A stretch of DNA of 61,761 bases, counting the filler, from Globobulimina sp. (taxonomy: Eukaryota), in the NCBI GenBank assembly GCA_003354225.1. It is 23 parts of 23 records of this genome, joined end to end, with 100 filler letters (N's around TTAATTAATTAA, not from the genome) between each part and the next. Parts side by side here need not be neighbours in the genome. Positions count along the whole stretch, not along the records: positions 1 to 2,593 come from PIVH01005830.1; positions 2,694 to 5,286 come from PIVH01005831.1; positions 5,387 to 7,979 come from PIVH01005832.1; positions 8,080 to 10,672 come from PIVH01005833.1; positions 10,773 to 13,365 come from PIVH01005834.1; 18 more parts are not named here. One strand, 5' to 3'. The first letter of the stretch is position 1; each line of letters opens with the position of its first letter. Made by a program: the position numbers and the translations under genes. The notes below the pieces were generated by a model. It saw nothing but the letters and a program-made list of their open reading frames with translations. It was not told the origin of the DNA and made no database searches. Of the stretch, positions 1 to 11,122 are shown one piece after another.

Positions 1-553
1 CTTCCAAGATAGGCGCTGCGGCAAAAATCTGCTGCTCCACGACACTGCTTTGCATCTACGCAGACAGCGCTGTCATGGCCAAGTAGCGGATTAACAGTTT
101 CGTAGTCTCTGTTTGTTAAATGTTTGGTATTTTAAAGTGTTTGCTATTTGGAATTAAGTGCGAATTTGCGTACTATACCTTGCCAGCACCCGATTCGCCG
201 CAGACCACTACGGATTGGTTGCATTTGCGTTGAATCATTCGCATATAGGACCGGGCAGAGACGCCGTATGGATGCGGCCGGCCGTGTGGCAAACTGTTCT
301 TTTTCATCGCTTCGTGAAATTCGTTGATCACATCCTGTCCGTAAATGGGGAGCCGTTCGTACGGGTTGATGGCCACTAAGATGGTGGACACCGATGGTGG
401 ACACTCGAATTTAATATAAAGCACATTTTTCATCTCTAAGTAGACCAACATGGACAGATCGGGCACTCCGTCCAATGTCTTAGGGTTTGAGATGAATGCT
501 TGCGCCTTTTTTTCCTCCTTCTCGTCTCCTCGGTTCTTTCTTTTTTTTGGCAT
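1..553 (-). pseudogene. Myosin motor-domain 5' fragment, probably a pseudogene
   Basis: Motifs DLSML, ILVAINPY, PHPY, NQSVVVCGESGAGK, then an intron from 179, then KLLIRYLAM...EQQIFAAAPILE. There is an in-frame TAG at 56-58, an apparent deletion before ILVAINPY, and the acceptor does not restore the conserved TE. Confidence 0.75.
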
Positions 554-694
554 GCTTGCTCACGATCACTTAAACTTCTTTCAACAGCCAAAAGTGCTAA
601 AAGTGCTACAAAAAAAAGCCAAGGATGTTCGCCGAAGTTTTGCGGTTTTTGTGTAAATAGTTTAGAATTAGTGCGAAAACGGTACATTTGGAGC

Positions 695-2593
695 ATGGGC
701 ACTGTTTGGACAGCACCACCAAAACAAAAACGAAAAACCTACTCAGACGATATGAAGGAAATTGAGTTCAAATTACATATCGCAATTGATTTCGGGACAG
801 ATGGATGTGGTATGATTGTATTTTCATAAAACATATACAATTGCAATCTCTTCTCCTTATTTATTGCATACAAAGGATTAGCATTTGCATATAAAGGAGA
901 AGTGAAGACATACAGCAAATTTAGAGGTCAAAAGACCAACACAAAGGTGCGACCAAGTCTCAGACGGAAAACAAAAACTCAGTTAATATTGAATTCCGAA
1001 AATAACGTTGTATCATTTGGTAACGGTGCTAAATTCTCGTTAAGTGTACTTATTTTCAATTGTGTGCTTTCTGTCACATAACACCTGAAAACAATCAACA
1101 TCGTCAGTTACTGTCATTATACGAAAACAATGCAACGTGAAATGAAATTCTTTAGCAGGTTTAAAATGGCTTTATATGGTATTCTCTTTTATTTGTTATA
1201 ATATGCCAAACATCATACACTGCATTGTACGTAACTGTTTCTACAGAAAAACATTTAAGTCAACCTTTGATTGTCCGAGCAAATGATAAATTGCAAAAAC
1301 CAGATAAAGAGAAAATTGATACAGCAAATTGTCTTTCTTCATCCAATGGGCACAATGTGAAATCAGATGTTGTATTTGTTGCAGCATTGAAAGAATTAGG
1401 TGACATTGCCAAGGAATACATTCCTCAGATTGTAGGTGATGAAAAGATCAGCGATGAGCAGATCCAATGGGTTCTTACTGTGCCAGCCATTTGGAGCCAG
1501 AAAGCCAAACATAAAATGAAAAGCTGGATAATTAAAGCTGGTTTGGTGAATCCTAAAATATTAAATCAATGTATGATCGTTTATGAACCAGATTGTGCCT
1601 CATTATCCATCAAAAAACAATATCAGAAGGGATTCAAACATATTTCCAAAAAATCACAAATTCTTAATTTTAATCAAAATGATTTAGAGGATGAGAAAGA
1701 TGAACATAAAGGGGGGGAACCACAGAGTCAACATCAAGGATTCGTAGAGGATGATTTGTATTTGCTACTTGATGCTGGAGGTATTTTTCTTTTTTTTTTT
1801 GTTGCTACACCAGTCCATGTTGCTAGCGTTTGTATTTTTGAGGTGCTCTACTTTTTATTTTTTATTTGTTGTAGGTGGCACTGTGGATGTCGCTTGTCAT
1901 AAAATAAGAGCTGATGGGAATGTGGAAGAGATGGTATATCCAACTGGTGATCAATGGGGATCCTGTTATATTGATGATTTATTTATTGTTTTGTTAGAAG
2001 ATATATTTAGTAAAGAATGGATGGATGATTTTAAACAGAAAGCGCCTGCTGAATTTGTGGAGTTGTTGGATAATTTTCAAGCTGCAAAGGAAACATTTTA
2101 TAAAAAGAGTGATGAGATTACACATAGTATATTATTGCCATCTGAATTTATGAATTTTTTGGATGCCAAATGCGGCAAAATTAACTCTGCATCGCCTGCT
2201 AAAATCATTGCGGATTATGCTCAAAAAAGCACATTGTTGTTTAGTATAAATATATTATATATGACATTTAGTTCTGTGATGTTATATATACAGACATTTC
2301 CAGATGTTATTTGCTGAAAATTCAAATATTGACCTTGGTGATGAGGGTCATACGCCTGGCATTTGTACATTATGCTACAAAAAGGTTGGAGAAGACATAA
2401 AAAATGATGATGAAGCTGACTCTGACTTTGATGATGAAGCTGAGTATAAAGAATATTTATGTATGGATACTAAAATATGGAAAGCATTGTTTGACTCAAA
2501 ACTTGATCCAATAATATCTCATGTTAATGCATTATTTGATACTGAATCAATGCGACAGTGTAAATATTTAGGATTAGTCGGTGGCTTCTCGTG
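695..2593 (+). CDS. HSPA12-like divergent Hsp70, 3' truncated, 5 introns
   Basis: Motifs IAIDFGTDG, RFKMALY, WVLTVPAIW, YEPDCA, LDAGGGTVD, WGSCYID, LVGGFS. GT-AG introns 810-875, 1039-1107, 1179-1246, 1781-1874 and 2239-2293 give one frame. Confidence 0.9.
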
Positions 2594-2693
2594 NNNNNNN
2601 NNNNNNNNNNNNNNNNNNNNNNNNNNNNNNNNNNNNNTTAATTAATTAANNNNNNNNNNNNNNNNNNNNNNNNNNNNNNNNNNNNNNNNNNNN
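2594..2693. other. Artificial contig spacer, first of 22 (N44-TTAATTAATTAA-N44, stops in all six frames)
   Basis: The identical linker recurs about every 2.69 kb. Contigs shrink steadily from 2593 to 2586 bp, as expected for size-sorted concatenation. Confidence 0.98.
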
Positions 2694-2806
2694 GCAGTTT
2701 TTCACGAATATTAAATAATTAACATTATTCATCTAGGTCTAGGTTTAAAATATTTAACAACATAAACTACTACAATGTTATCTAAAAATATACAATGTTA
2801 TGTCTC

Positions 2807-3963
2807 TTAATCATATCTTATTTCATATAATTTTCTAAATGCATTTCTTGTACCAATTGGTTTGATCAAATGTGCCCAGTCTTCCTCTCTCAAATCCTTT
2901 AATCTATCATCAGTGACTAGATTGTCTTTAAATATCTTTATGAGTGTTTGTCCATTATTTCTATCAATTTTCTTTAATGTTTTAACAATCCAATGATATT
3001 CATCAAAACCATCGCTATTATCAGCACTGTCATGATCTTGAATTTGTTTATTTGTTTCGTCATATTCATAGCGTTCATCATCTTTTATAACTTCCAAAAC
3101 TTGAGACAACTGTTTTAGTTCATGTCTGTTTGTATTTTGTAATTTGGCATCAAACTCTTTCCTTAAATGTTCAGTGACACTCTCATCGTCAATATCTTCC
3201 AAATCGGACATATTATTCTTTTTCAATAATACACTTTTCCCAAAATTGTCCACCGTAAACGTGGGATCATACCATTCATTCTCATATTCACGCTCACTAA
3301 AACTCATAAAGTGATTCTGCATTTCCAATGTGTTCACATTTTGCAATTCCAATGTTTCCGGCACATTCAATGTATTGTCATATGCATAGTCATTATGGAC
3401 AACAGTTTTATTTGTTTCCTCTTGTTCTTCCTCTTCTGAACATGTTTCATGTTCTTCTGTACTTATTTCTTCCTCTTCTGGTTGGTCTTCGTGGCTGTTA
3501 TTTGGGGCTAAGGCTGGTAATATTTTCAAATTGATCGAATGTTTCTTACTTTTACCCAATGAACTTTTGTCATTTCATATTTATTTATATACTTATTTCT
3601 ATATTGAAACAAAACAAATACACATAACTGTCCAGTCACCGCAAATTCAAATTCAATTGGCTTTGGTGGCTCTGATACTCTTCGTTTTATGTTTCTATTT
3701 TTATATAGCACGATACAACAAACTATACAACCAATTACAATGAGTGATAACACTGATATGAATATGTACAGGTATGGCGGTTTTATGGTGTATGCAGCTA
3801 TTTTATCATTCAGCGATTTTGGTCGACTATTATAATAAGCGGTAGAATTTAGCGTAGAAACCATTAATATATTTGTTGTACTCATATTAGTTACTGTTTG
3901 ATTTGCACTTGATACATTCCACAAAGCATCTGATGATGATATCAATGCAATCATTGTAATCAT
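2807..3963 (-). CDS. Single-pass membrane protein with acidic cytoplasmic region and C-terminal SAM-like domain
   Basis: Hydrophobic N-terminus, Ser/Thr/Asn-rich ectodomain, TM helix LYIFISVLSLIVIGCIVCCIVLY. Intron 3564-3628 joins the two ORFs. The C-terminus FKDNLVTDDRLKDLREEDWAHLIKPIGTRNAF resembles SAM. Confidence 0.7.
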
Positions 3964-4070
3964 ATAAAGCGCAATCTTACTAATAATCTTAGTAGTGCTG
4001 TAGTAGAAAACTCAACAACATATTACTTCATGCCATCCTCAGAAGCGCTTCGTTGTTGACAATTTTTATC

Positions 4071-4965
4071 ATGAAATACTCATTTATTGGATATGCAGTC
4101 ACATTGGGCTTTGTTACTTCGAGCACTGTAATTGCAGAATTCGCACAGGTACACGTTATTATATTCGCACTGTAATTTCAGAAACAAATTTGTTTCCACA
4201 TGTACAATATTTCAGATAGTATCAAATAGATATAACAAACCATTTATTATTCGATATGTCAATGATTCTTGCAATATATTTGGATTAATTGTTCCTTTTA
4301 TTTGGCTGTGTACAACATCACTATTTGTCAACAAAGTTAACAAAGACAGGGAAAAATTAAAAAAACGGCACCGCTTTAAAGTGGAAGCAAATAACTCATC
4401 GTCGCCATCACCAAACGTTACAAATGACTCATTATCGTATATTTATCATGGTTCACCACTTGGAATGGGCGGGCATCCCATAAATGAAGCAGATGTATCG
4501 GATGGTAATGGCTCTCTATTTGATGACCAAACTGCCGAATCATTACTGGGCACTTCATTGTGTCCCTCCGTGGAGTCAAACAGCAGTATCACTAAAGTCA
4601 AATTAAACGGTGAATATTCACATGAACCAATTGCGAACAAATTATTGCCATATTTAGGTTTGAAAAACGAAATCATTTTGGCGCCTATAGACATTGTTAA
4701 ATTATATTTATTTCATCCCAATCCAGCACAATACAAACGATATAAAAAACAATTGCGACATATTAACTCTGTGGTACACATTGCTTTGGTCAAATCGAGC
4801 ATTTATTATTTTGCACCATTTTGCATTTTATTATCATGGCTGTATTCTGGGGGTGGTATGTTATGGTTTTTATCATTAACCGGCACCACAGTGCCTACAA
4901 ATGCATGTCTAGCACGGTTTAGAGTGCTATTTGTGTTCGTATTGTCAGCTATATTCTTCAAAGAT
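4071..4965 (+). CDS. SLC35F/EamA-type transporter, N-terminal half, cut by a chimeric junction
   Basis: MKYSF...AEFAQ, intron 4149-4215, YNKPFIIRYVN, WFLSLTGTTVPTN, FVFVLSAIFFKD. Confidence 0.7.
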
Positions 4966-5286
4966 TTATCCAAATTCTGCATAGATTTTTTAAAAGATTT
5001 ATTTTTCTTTTCACCACCATAATTATTTGAGAGTTCAGAAAATGCTTGATAACCAAATATTGGAGGAACATGATTGAGAATTGTTCGCAAAATCATGGCA
5101 ACTGCTAAGTAACTTTCATTTGAATAGCTAACATTTACTTCTCGACAAAGTTCTGTTAACCGTAAGAGATCAAATTCTTCTTTGTTTATTTGTTTTAACT
5201 CGTTTAATCTACTAAAATCAACAAAAGTATTTTTTATTCCCTTTTCATTAATCAAACTTGTTTTTTCCATACTATTAGCAAACATT
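4944..5286 (-). CDS. Fragment of a bacterial-type conserved hypothetical protein (possibly HEPN-like)
   Basis: FVDFSRLNEL...FDLLRLTELCRE...AVAMILRTILNHVPPIFG...NNYGG...SFKKSMQNL...LKNIAD matches a bacterial family as I recall it. Similarity ends abruptly at NIAD. Confidence 0.65.
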
Positions 5287-5500
5287 NNNNNNNNNNNNNN
5301 NNNNNNNNNNNNNNNNNNNNNNNNNNNNNNTTAATTAATTAANNNNNNNNNNNNNNNNNNNNNNNNNNNNNNNNNNNNNNNNNNNNGACAGCAACTTTTG
5401 GACAGGAACTTTCGGACGACGACAGCAGCGCAGGTATGTGTGTGTTGTGCACTTCATTGTGCAACTTAACTTGGACCATGACGAAGACATGGTCACTAAC

Positions 5501-6913
5501 TCACTCCACTGTTACATCCATATCAACGGTAGCTGTTACATCCAAAATTACAATGTTCTGTAAAATGTGTAAATGCACAATCATTGCAGATATAGTGTCT
5601 GCGCTGGCTCTCACTAATACACTGTAAAATTTTGCGGATATTATTTTCAATGCAGTCGACATATCGATAGCGTCAAATCCTTGTTTTAGTCTAGCAACAA
5701 TTGCTAATAATCCATGGTGTGCACAGGTACAGACAATGTCAAATATATCTTCAAACTGCATAATGATTGCCACTGTTATATCAACGACCATTTTATATTT
5801 ATGATTATCAATCATTTGTGTCAACAATTTATCCAATCTCGTCCCCATCGCTTTGTTGTTTGCAGTACAACCAACGACCTCTACCAATCGAGCAACAACA
5901 CTTTGTATTCTGTCTGAATATGTATGGCATGCAATGAGTTGATACAACTTATCAATGTCTTCATTTCTGAAATATAATCCAATCAATTTCATACGCGCAA
6001 TATCAGCACCTTGGCAATCAACCTCAACAAACGACAAATATAATGGCATTAAAACTGATTCTTCTGTTTTCATTGTCAGAGTAACATTGAAAAATTGATA
6101 CATTCTCTTCATCGCTGTGTGGAATCTCTGCGGATATTTCGTGACTTTTACCAAAGGTTCTAAGAATGCCACCAAATAGGACTCAGTGACCATGATAGGT
6201 TCAAATTCGATCAATGCGGACATACGCAGCATTGTGACTGCATCACATGTTTCCATGTCAGGTAATGAGGCGAATATTTGTGATGCGCGAATGTAGAAAT
6301 CCATACTAATATCAATGGAATGTGCTGCTGTAACACAATCCAAAATAGCTTGTCTGGTTTGTGATGTTTCCAATAATTGATTTAAAATTATTTGTGCAGT
6401 TTCATGATGAGCGGAGTTTTCAGTATCACATAAATTAAACAATGCGTACAGAATTTGCCTACATTTTCCCGTTTGGCCCATACGTGGAAGTGACATAAAT
6501 GGTGCGCGCGGACTGTAAATCTCTTTCATTTCTTGGTAAAATAGTTTCGGATTTGTGTCTCGTGCAATAAGTGGATGCAAGAATGCAGTGATTTGATGTT
6601 CTGTGGAGTTCCAAATTTTGTCATTCCCAAATTTTTTCAACATTTGCATGATAAATATTCCATTGCATTTTTTGCATTTTTGTCGCAAAGTTCGGCATCT
6701 TTCCAATGCAGTAATGTATGCATCCATAGTCAGTATTTGATGCTGCTGTTGGATGATGCTGCCAATACTGCTGTCATCTGATGATGTGGTAATACCATAA
6801 ATGGTTTCTTTCAACAACTGCATTGACTGGTAATCGGTATCTGCACTCATAACGCGTTGAGTGCAAATATTTACTAGAATTACAATCTGCATTAAAATAG
6901 AAATAATAGCCAT
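5501..6913 (-). CDS. Hypothetical helical protein with a signal-peptide-like N-terminus and an internal duplication
   Basis: Long intronless ORF. Likely start MAIISILMQIVILVNIC. Repeated segment AFLHPLI..NPKLFYQEMKEIY / AFLEPLV..YPQRFHTAMKRMY. Confidence 0.6.
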   Translation of the reverse strand: MAIISILMQIVILVNICTQRVMSADTDYQSMQLLKETIYGITTSSDDSSIGSIIQQQHQILTMDAYITALERCRTLRQKCKKCNGIFIMQMLKKFGNDKIWNSTEHQITAFLHPLIARDTNPKLFYQEMKEIYSPRAPFMSLPRMGQTGKCRQILYALFNLCDTENSAHHETAQIILNQLLETSQTRQAILDCVTAAHSIDISMDFYIRASQIFASLPDMETCDAVTMLRMSALIEFEPIMVTESYLVAFLEPLVKVTKYPQRFHTAMKRMYQFFNVTLTMKTEESVLMPLYLSFVEVDCQGADIARMKLIGLYFRNEDIDKLYQLIACHTYSDRIQSVVARLVEVVGCTANNKAMGTRLDKLLTQMIDNHKYKMVVDITVAIIMQFEDIFDIVCTCAHHGLLAIVARLKQGFDAIDMSTALKIISAKFYSVLVRASADTISAMIVHLHILQNIVILDVTATVDMDVTVE

Positions 6914-7084
6914 ATTTGGGTGGGAAAATGTGATTAAATACTTGCGATTCGCCGCCAAATATTTATTCTTTAATACTTGCGATTCACCGCGGCACATACA
7001 TCACTGCGCAGCAGCTGCAAATTAAATTGCAATCATCACCTTTGAGTTTTTACTTTAAAAAAGTAAAAGAAACATATAGCAACG

Positions 7085-7900
7085 ATGCTGACACGGTCAT
7101 ATTGCAATATATTTCACAAATGCGTTGGCGAATTTTGTTCATTTGACTTGCGACATGGTCATCTACTCACAAATATTGGTGATCAATTTAGTATAGATAT
7201 GTATGGCTGGAATGAAAATATATTCACTAGCTCTGATTATGAAATAAGTGACAAATCGACTTCATTTGGATATGTACAAAATGGTATCTGCAAATTATAC
7301 AATGAAGAAACGAAGTGTTCATTTGAATTATGCGAAGGAATGTATTTCTCCATTCCAATGTGGAAAAGCAGCAAATATGTAATTGAACCAATGGATAGCT
7401 CGAATAATGGAATCATTATAAACCAAAACAATTACAATGGCATATTTAATATTGGCGGTCCTATTGAACATATTGGCAGATTAAGGTACATCGATGGATG
7501 CACTGACAGTTTATTATTACCTCCAATAATGCACGGCGACCCATGCTTGAATGTATTGTATTTCATTAAAAATTTGCGTCAGACGCCACACACACATCCT
7601 TCATTCAGATGTGGTATTGTCACGCAAGGATATGGTTATTGTAAGTTGAAAAATGATACTACCGTCGAATTAAGCAAAGGTTCGGTGTTTTACATTCCTC
7701 AAAATGCATTACATTCTTTTGATACAGATGAAGATGCCACATTAACCATTTTAAGTTATAATCCAGACTCAGATTTTGGTACAAAACATCAGGAACATCC
7801 AATGATTAATAGAACCATTGTCAATGATGTTTCTGCTGTGTTTCTAAACGAATTACATACCACAGCTGCAGATATCGATAAAACTGATAGGTTATCCTGA
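7085..7900 (+). CDS. Cupin-domain protein, bacterial-like family
   Basis: GGPIE..GRLRYIDGCTDSLL.PP...GDPCLN.LYF, QTPHTHPSFRCGIV, LHSF, PDSDFG...HPMINRT. His-rich cupin metal motifs; no introns. Confidence 0.85.
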   Translation: MLTRSYCNIFHKCVGEFCSFDLRHGHLLTNIGDQFSIDMYGWNENIFTSSDYEISDKSTSFGYVQNGICKLYNEETKCSFELCEGMYFSIPMWKSSKYVIEPMDSSNNGIIINQNNYNGIFNIGGPIEHIGRLRYIDGCTDSLLLPPIMHGDPCLNVLYFIKNLRQTPHTHPSFRCGIVTQGYGYCKLKNDTTVELSKGSVFYIPQNALHSFDTDEDATLTILSYNPDSDFGTKHQEHPMINRTIVNDVSAVFLNELHTTAADIDKTDRLS

Positions 7901-8100
7901 CAATATCTTTTTTTTTTGTATGTGCTCTATTTTTTTATCAGTCTTCTTTTTTCTTATGTATTTTTTTTTTGGTTTTTTTNNNNNNNNNNNNNNNNNNNNN
8001 NNNNNNNNNNNNNNNNNNNNNNNTTAATTAATTAANNNNNNNNNNNNNNNNNNNNNNNNNNNNNNNNNNNNNNNNNNNNATTTGAATATTAAACGAAAAT

Positions 8101-8441
8101 ATTTAGATATTATTCGCCCCATCGTACGCCATCTTTATTTGCCTCCAATTTCAATTTTCTCTTTCTTTTCTTTTCTTATTCATCGCATCCATCGCATCCA
8201 TATCAATGTCATTCATCTTAGTCTCATTCATCTCAATTTTTCATCTCAATCTTTCATCTCAATCTTCCAATTATTGTCATTTTCAAAATTATTTTCTGGC
8301 AATGCTATCGATCCAAATCCTTCAAATTCAGCAAATTCCATACGAACCATATAATATTTTCAAATTTGGCCGTTTAGAAAGAGAAAATTGAAATTGGAGG
8401 CAAATAAAGATGGCGTACGATGGGGCGAATAATATCCAAAT
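8101..8441. repeat. 66-bp inverted repeat (8101-8166 / 8376-8441, 1 mismatch)
   Basis: Direct reverse-complement match of the two arms. Confidence 0.9.
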
Positions 8442-8665
8442 GAACTGATAAATTGGCTTACATTGTTTAAATGCAATCCTTTGGTCGATATTAATGGGAT
8501 TCTTTTCTTGTAATTTGCCAATAGACGCGGCTCGACATTACGATGAGAGTCATGAGACACAGACACATGCATAGCGATTTAAGACCTGCTTGTCAGGATT
8601 GTGACTATTGTTGAAAAGCTTTTTTGAACAGTAAAAAAAACAGTACTTATCGGAAAGCCTTAATA

Positions 8666-9775
8666 ATGTCAACTAAACATGAACCTAAAATGTTAAGCAA
8701 GACGAGCACAATTGGTGATAGTAAAGTAAATATTGACATACATGAATTACGTAAACGAATAGAACCAATAATACGCGATCCGCATTCAATAATACATTTC
8801 CCCAATTATATGGATTATGATCGAGACATAAAATATTCGTTAGCTTCAATTGGAATGTGGTTATCACGAACACCAACACCACAACGCATTTACACCAAAA
8901 ACGATCGATCTTTTATATTTTGCAAACATACCACCTTTGATAATATAAATGACATAACACCGATGTCCCAACGATTACGCATTGCGACAAGTTATCGCTT
9001 ATCACGCATTGCACGCAGATTCCCGCCATTCTATTCTTTGTCATATCACACAGAATATGGCAAGACTTCATTTTGGTCAGTTTCTCATTTAAAGGATATT
9101 CTAACAAACAAGTTATTCGCCCATGGCATAGCAATGAGTGTCATGATAAATAGCAAAACGCGTCGACCACAAACTGTTATTCCAGCAATTCAAGCAATTT
9201 GCGATAATAACTGGATCAATGAATATCCGAAGCAGTTCAAATATGGCAAATACCCGCAATTAAAGCAAAATTGTTCAAATCATATCGCCACTTTAAATCG
9301 ATTGAGGTATTAAAACATTATATTTTATTGTATATTGCATATTTTTTGTTTGTTTGTCAGACAGAATAAGAATAAGAAATTAATTTATTCGTATCCGATA
9401 CAAATGCGATACGGCGATGAAGATCAGAATAAACATTTGAATACGCACACATACTCTCGATATAGCTATGAATGCCTAATGATGTATGACGAGCAAGTTA
9501 AAGATAATAAATCTATAATATTCTGGATGACAAACTTGTTTTGGAAGGAAATAAGAATGCAAAATTATAGTCATTGTTATGTGAATATTTGGCAGATTGC
9601 AATGAATGGGAATATAAAAGAATATGTTGGAACAATTGATATCGACGAAACCTTTTGCAAACGGGATAGTGATAAACTTATGATTGGTAATAGTAGGAAT
9701 TTGGACAATGTTGAATGGACACATTATCATGGATTTATGGCCGGGGTTGTCAATATTGAACAAAGTAAACTTTGA
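8666..9775 (+). CDS. Hypothetical protein, two exons
   Basis: ORFs 8624-9313 and 9335-9775 are separated by a GT..AG intron at about 9307-9360. Confidence 0.55.
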
Positions 9776-10003
9776 TATTAATTTATATATTTATGCGAAC
9801 AGAGCCGTCGTTGCGGTTAAATAGATTAGCACTTTCCTCTCAAATCAGGGATCTAGCAACTCAATTAACTATTTCTCTTCCCTCATTTTCTGACCTTTTC
9901 TGACATAAAAAAAATGAAATCTAAGTTAGAAAAAGTACGATTTAACATTTTGAGACCATAAACATGTACAAATGTGGCTGGGCTTTCATCGATGCAGCCT
10001 TAT

Positions 10004-10165
10004 AAAGGCGTTGTCGCCTATACTATCCTATACAACATTTCATGTACAAGAAAAAACATTAGTGCCTTCCGCATGACTTGTAGAACGCGTTAGTATTTGT
10101 AGAACGCGTTAGTGTGTATGCGCAACTAGTTCTTTCCTCTACGTACAAGTTGGGACAACGCCTTT
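10004..10165. mobile_element. Small MITE-like element with 12-bp terminal inverted repeats
   Basis: AAAGGCGTTGTC (10004-10015) and GACAACGCCTTT (10154-10165). Flanking direct repeat ATCGATGCAGCCTTA at 9988-10002 and 10176-10190. Internal TTGTAGAACGCGTTAGT twice. Confidence 0.6.
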
Positions 10166-10272
10166 GAAACGATATATCGATGCAGCCTTAATTTGCTATG
10201 TCACATTTAGTCTCAAGAAGACTTTTTATTTAATATATATATACACACAAGCACACATGTACATTTTTTATA

Positions 10273-10672
10273 TTATACATCGCCAATCCCACCATCATTC
10301 GTACCACATGTTGTTTTATTTGCTGTCTCATTATTACCCTCTGTTTCTGATTCATCTTTGATGGGTGATTTATAATTTGGTGTAATTATTTCACCATTTG
10401 TTCCATGCATATTTGAATACAAATCTTCACCAGAATCGTCACTAATTTCTGGTTCATTGTCGCCATCCAATGCTCCCAATTCTATTTCACGCTCTTTTTC
10501 TACACTACCAAGCATGTGCGGTTGCAGGTCATTGTTGTCACCTTCTATGCTTTCAATATTCGTATCCTCCATAGTTTCACTACCAATGGTTATACTCCTT
10601 GACATCTGCAAACTTTTCCGTTTTTTGTTAAAATATACAGCCGCAAAAACAATATTAATACATGCAATTACC
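10273..10672 (-). CDS. C-terminal acidic cytoplasmic tail of a single-pass membrane protein (5' truncated)
   Basis: End of a TM helix plus basic stop-transfer residues at the contig edge, followed by a D/E-rich tail. Confidence 0.55.
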
Positions 10673-11122
10673 NNNNNNNNNNNNNNNNNNNNNNNNNNNN
10701 NNNNNNNNNNNNNNNNTTAATTAATTAANNNNNNNNNNNNNNNNNNNNNNNNNNNNNNNNNNNNNNNNNNNNTGCCATGGATAAAATTGTTAAACAATAT
10801 AAGAATGAACAAATGAGCGAATTGAAAAGCGACAGCATTGCGAACAGCCCTGATGGTTTGGGCACAATTTATGATTCAATCACAATGACCTCTGAGTAAT
10901 TAAATAGATCGAAATACAACGATAAAAACTTGCATTGTTTATTTGTACATAATCTCCGTATTATTTAATCCGCTGTATTCCGTATTCGTTATTGATTTTC
11001 TCTCCTGGCTCTCCACCTGCCACTGCGTATTTATATGTATCAACTCAAAGTTGTGTTGGATGGACCCTGTACTTATTATGCTTGAACTGTTTTTTTTTTT
11101 TGCACTAAGTAAAGTAAGTTAG

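Noticed and set aside
56-58. TAG stop-codon reassignment
   Set aside because: Single case in a gene with other lesions. TAG ends other genes (47028, 19025, 40453) and long conserved ORFs lack in-frame stops.
4806-5022. Genuine antisense overlapping genes
   Set aside because: Each ORF loses similarity at the junction near 4950; the overlap is read-through across a fusion.
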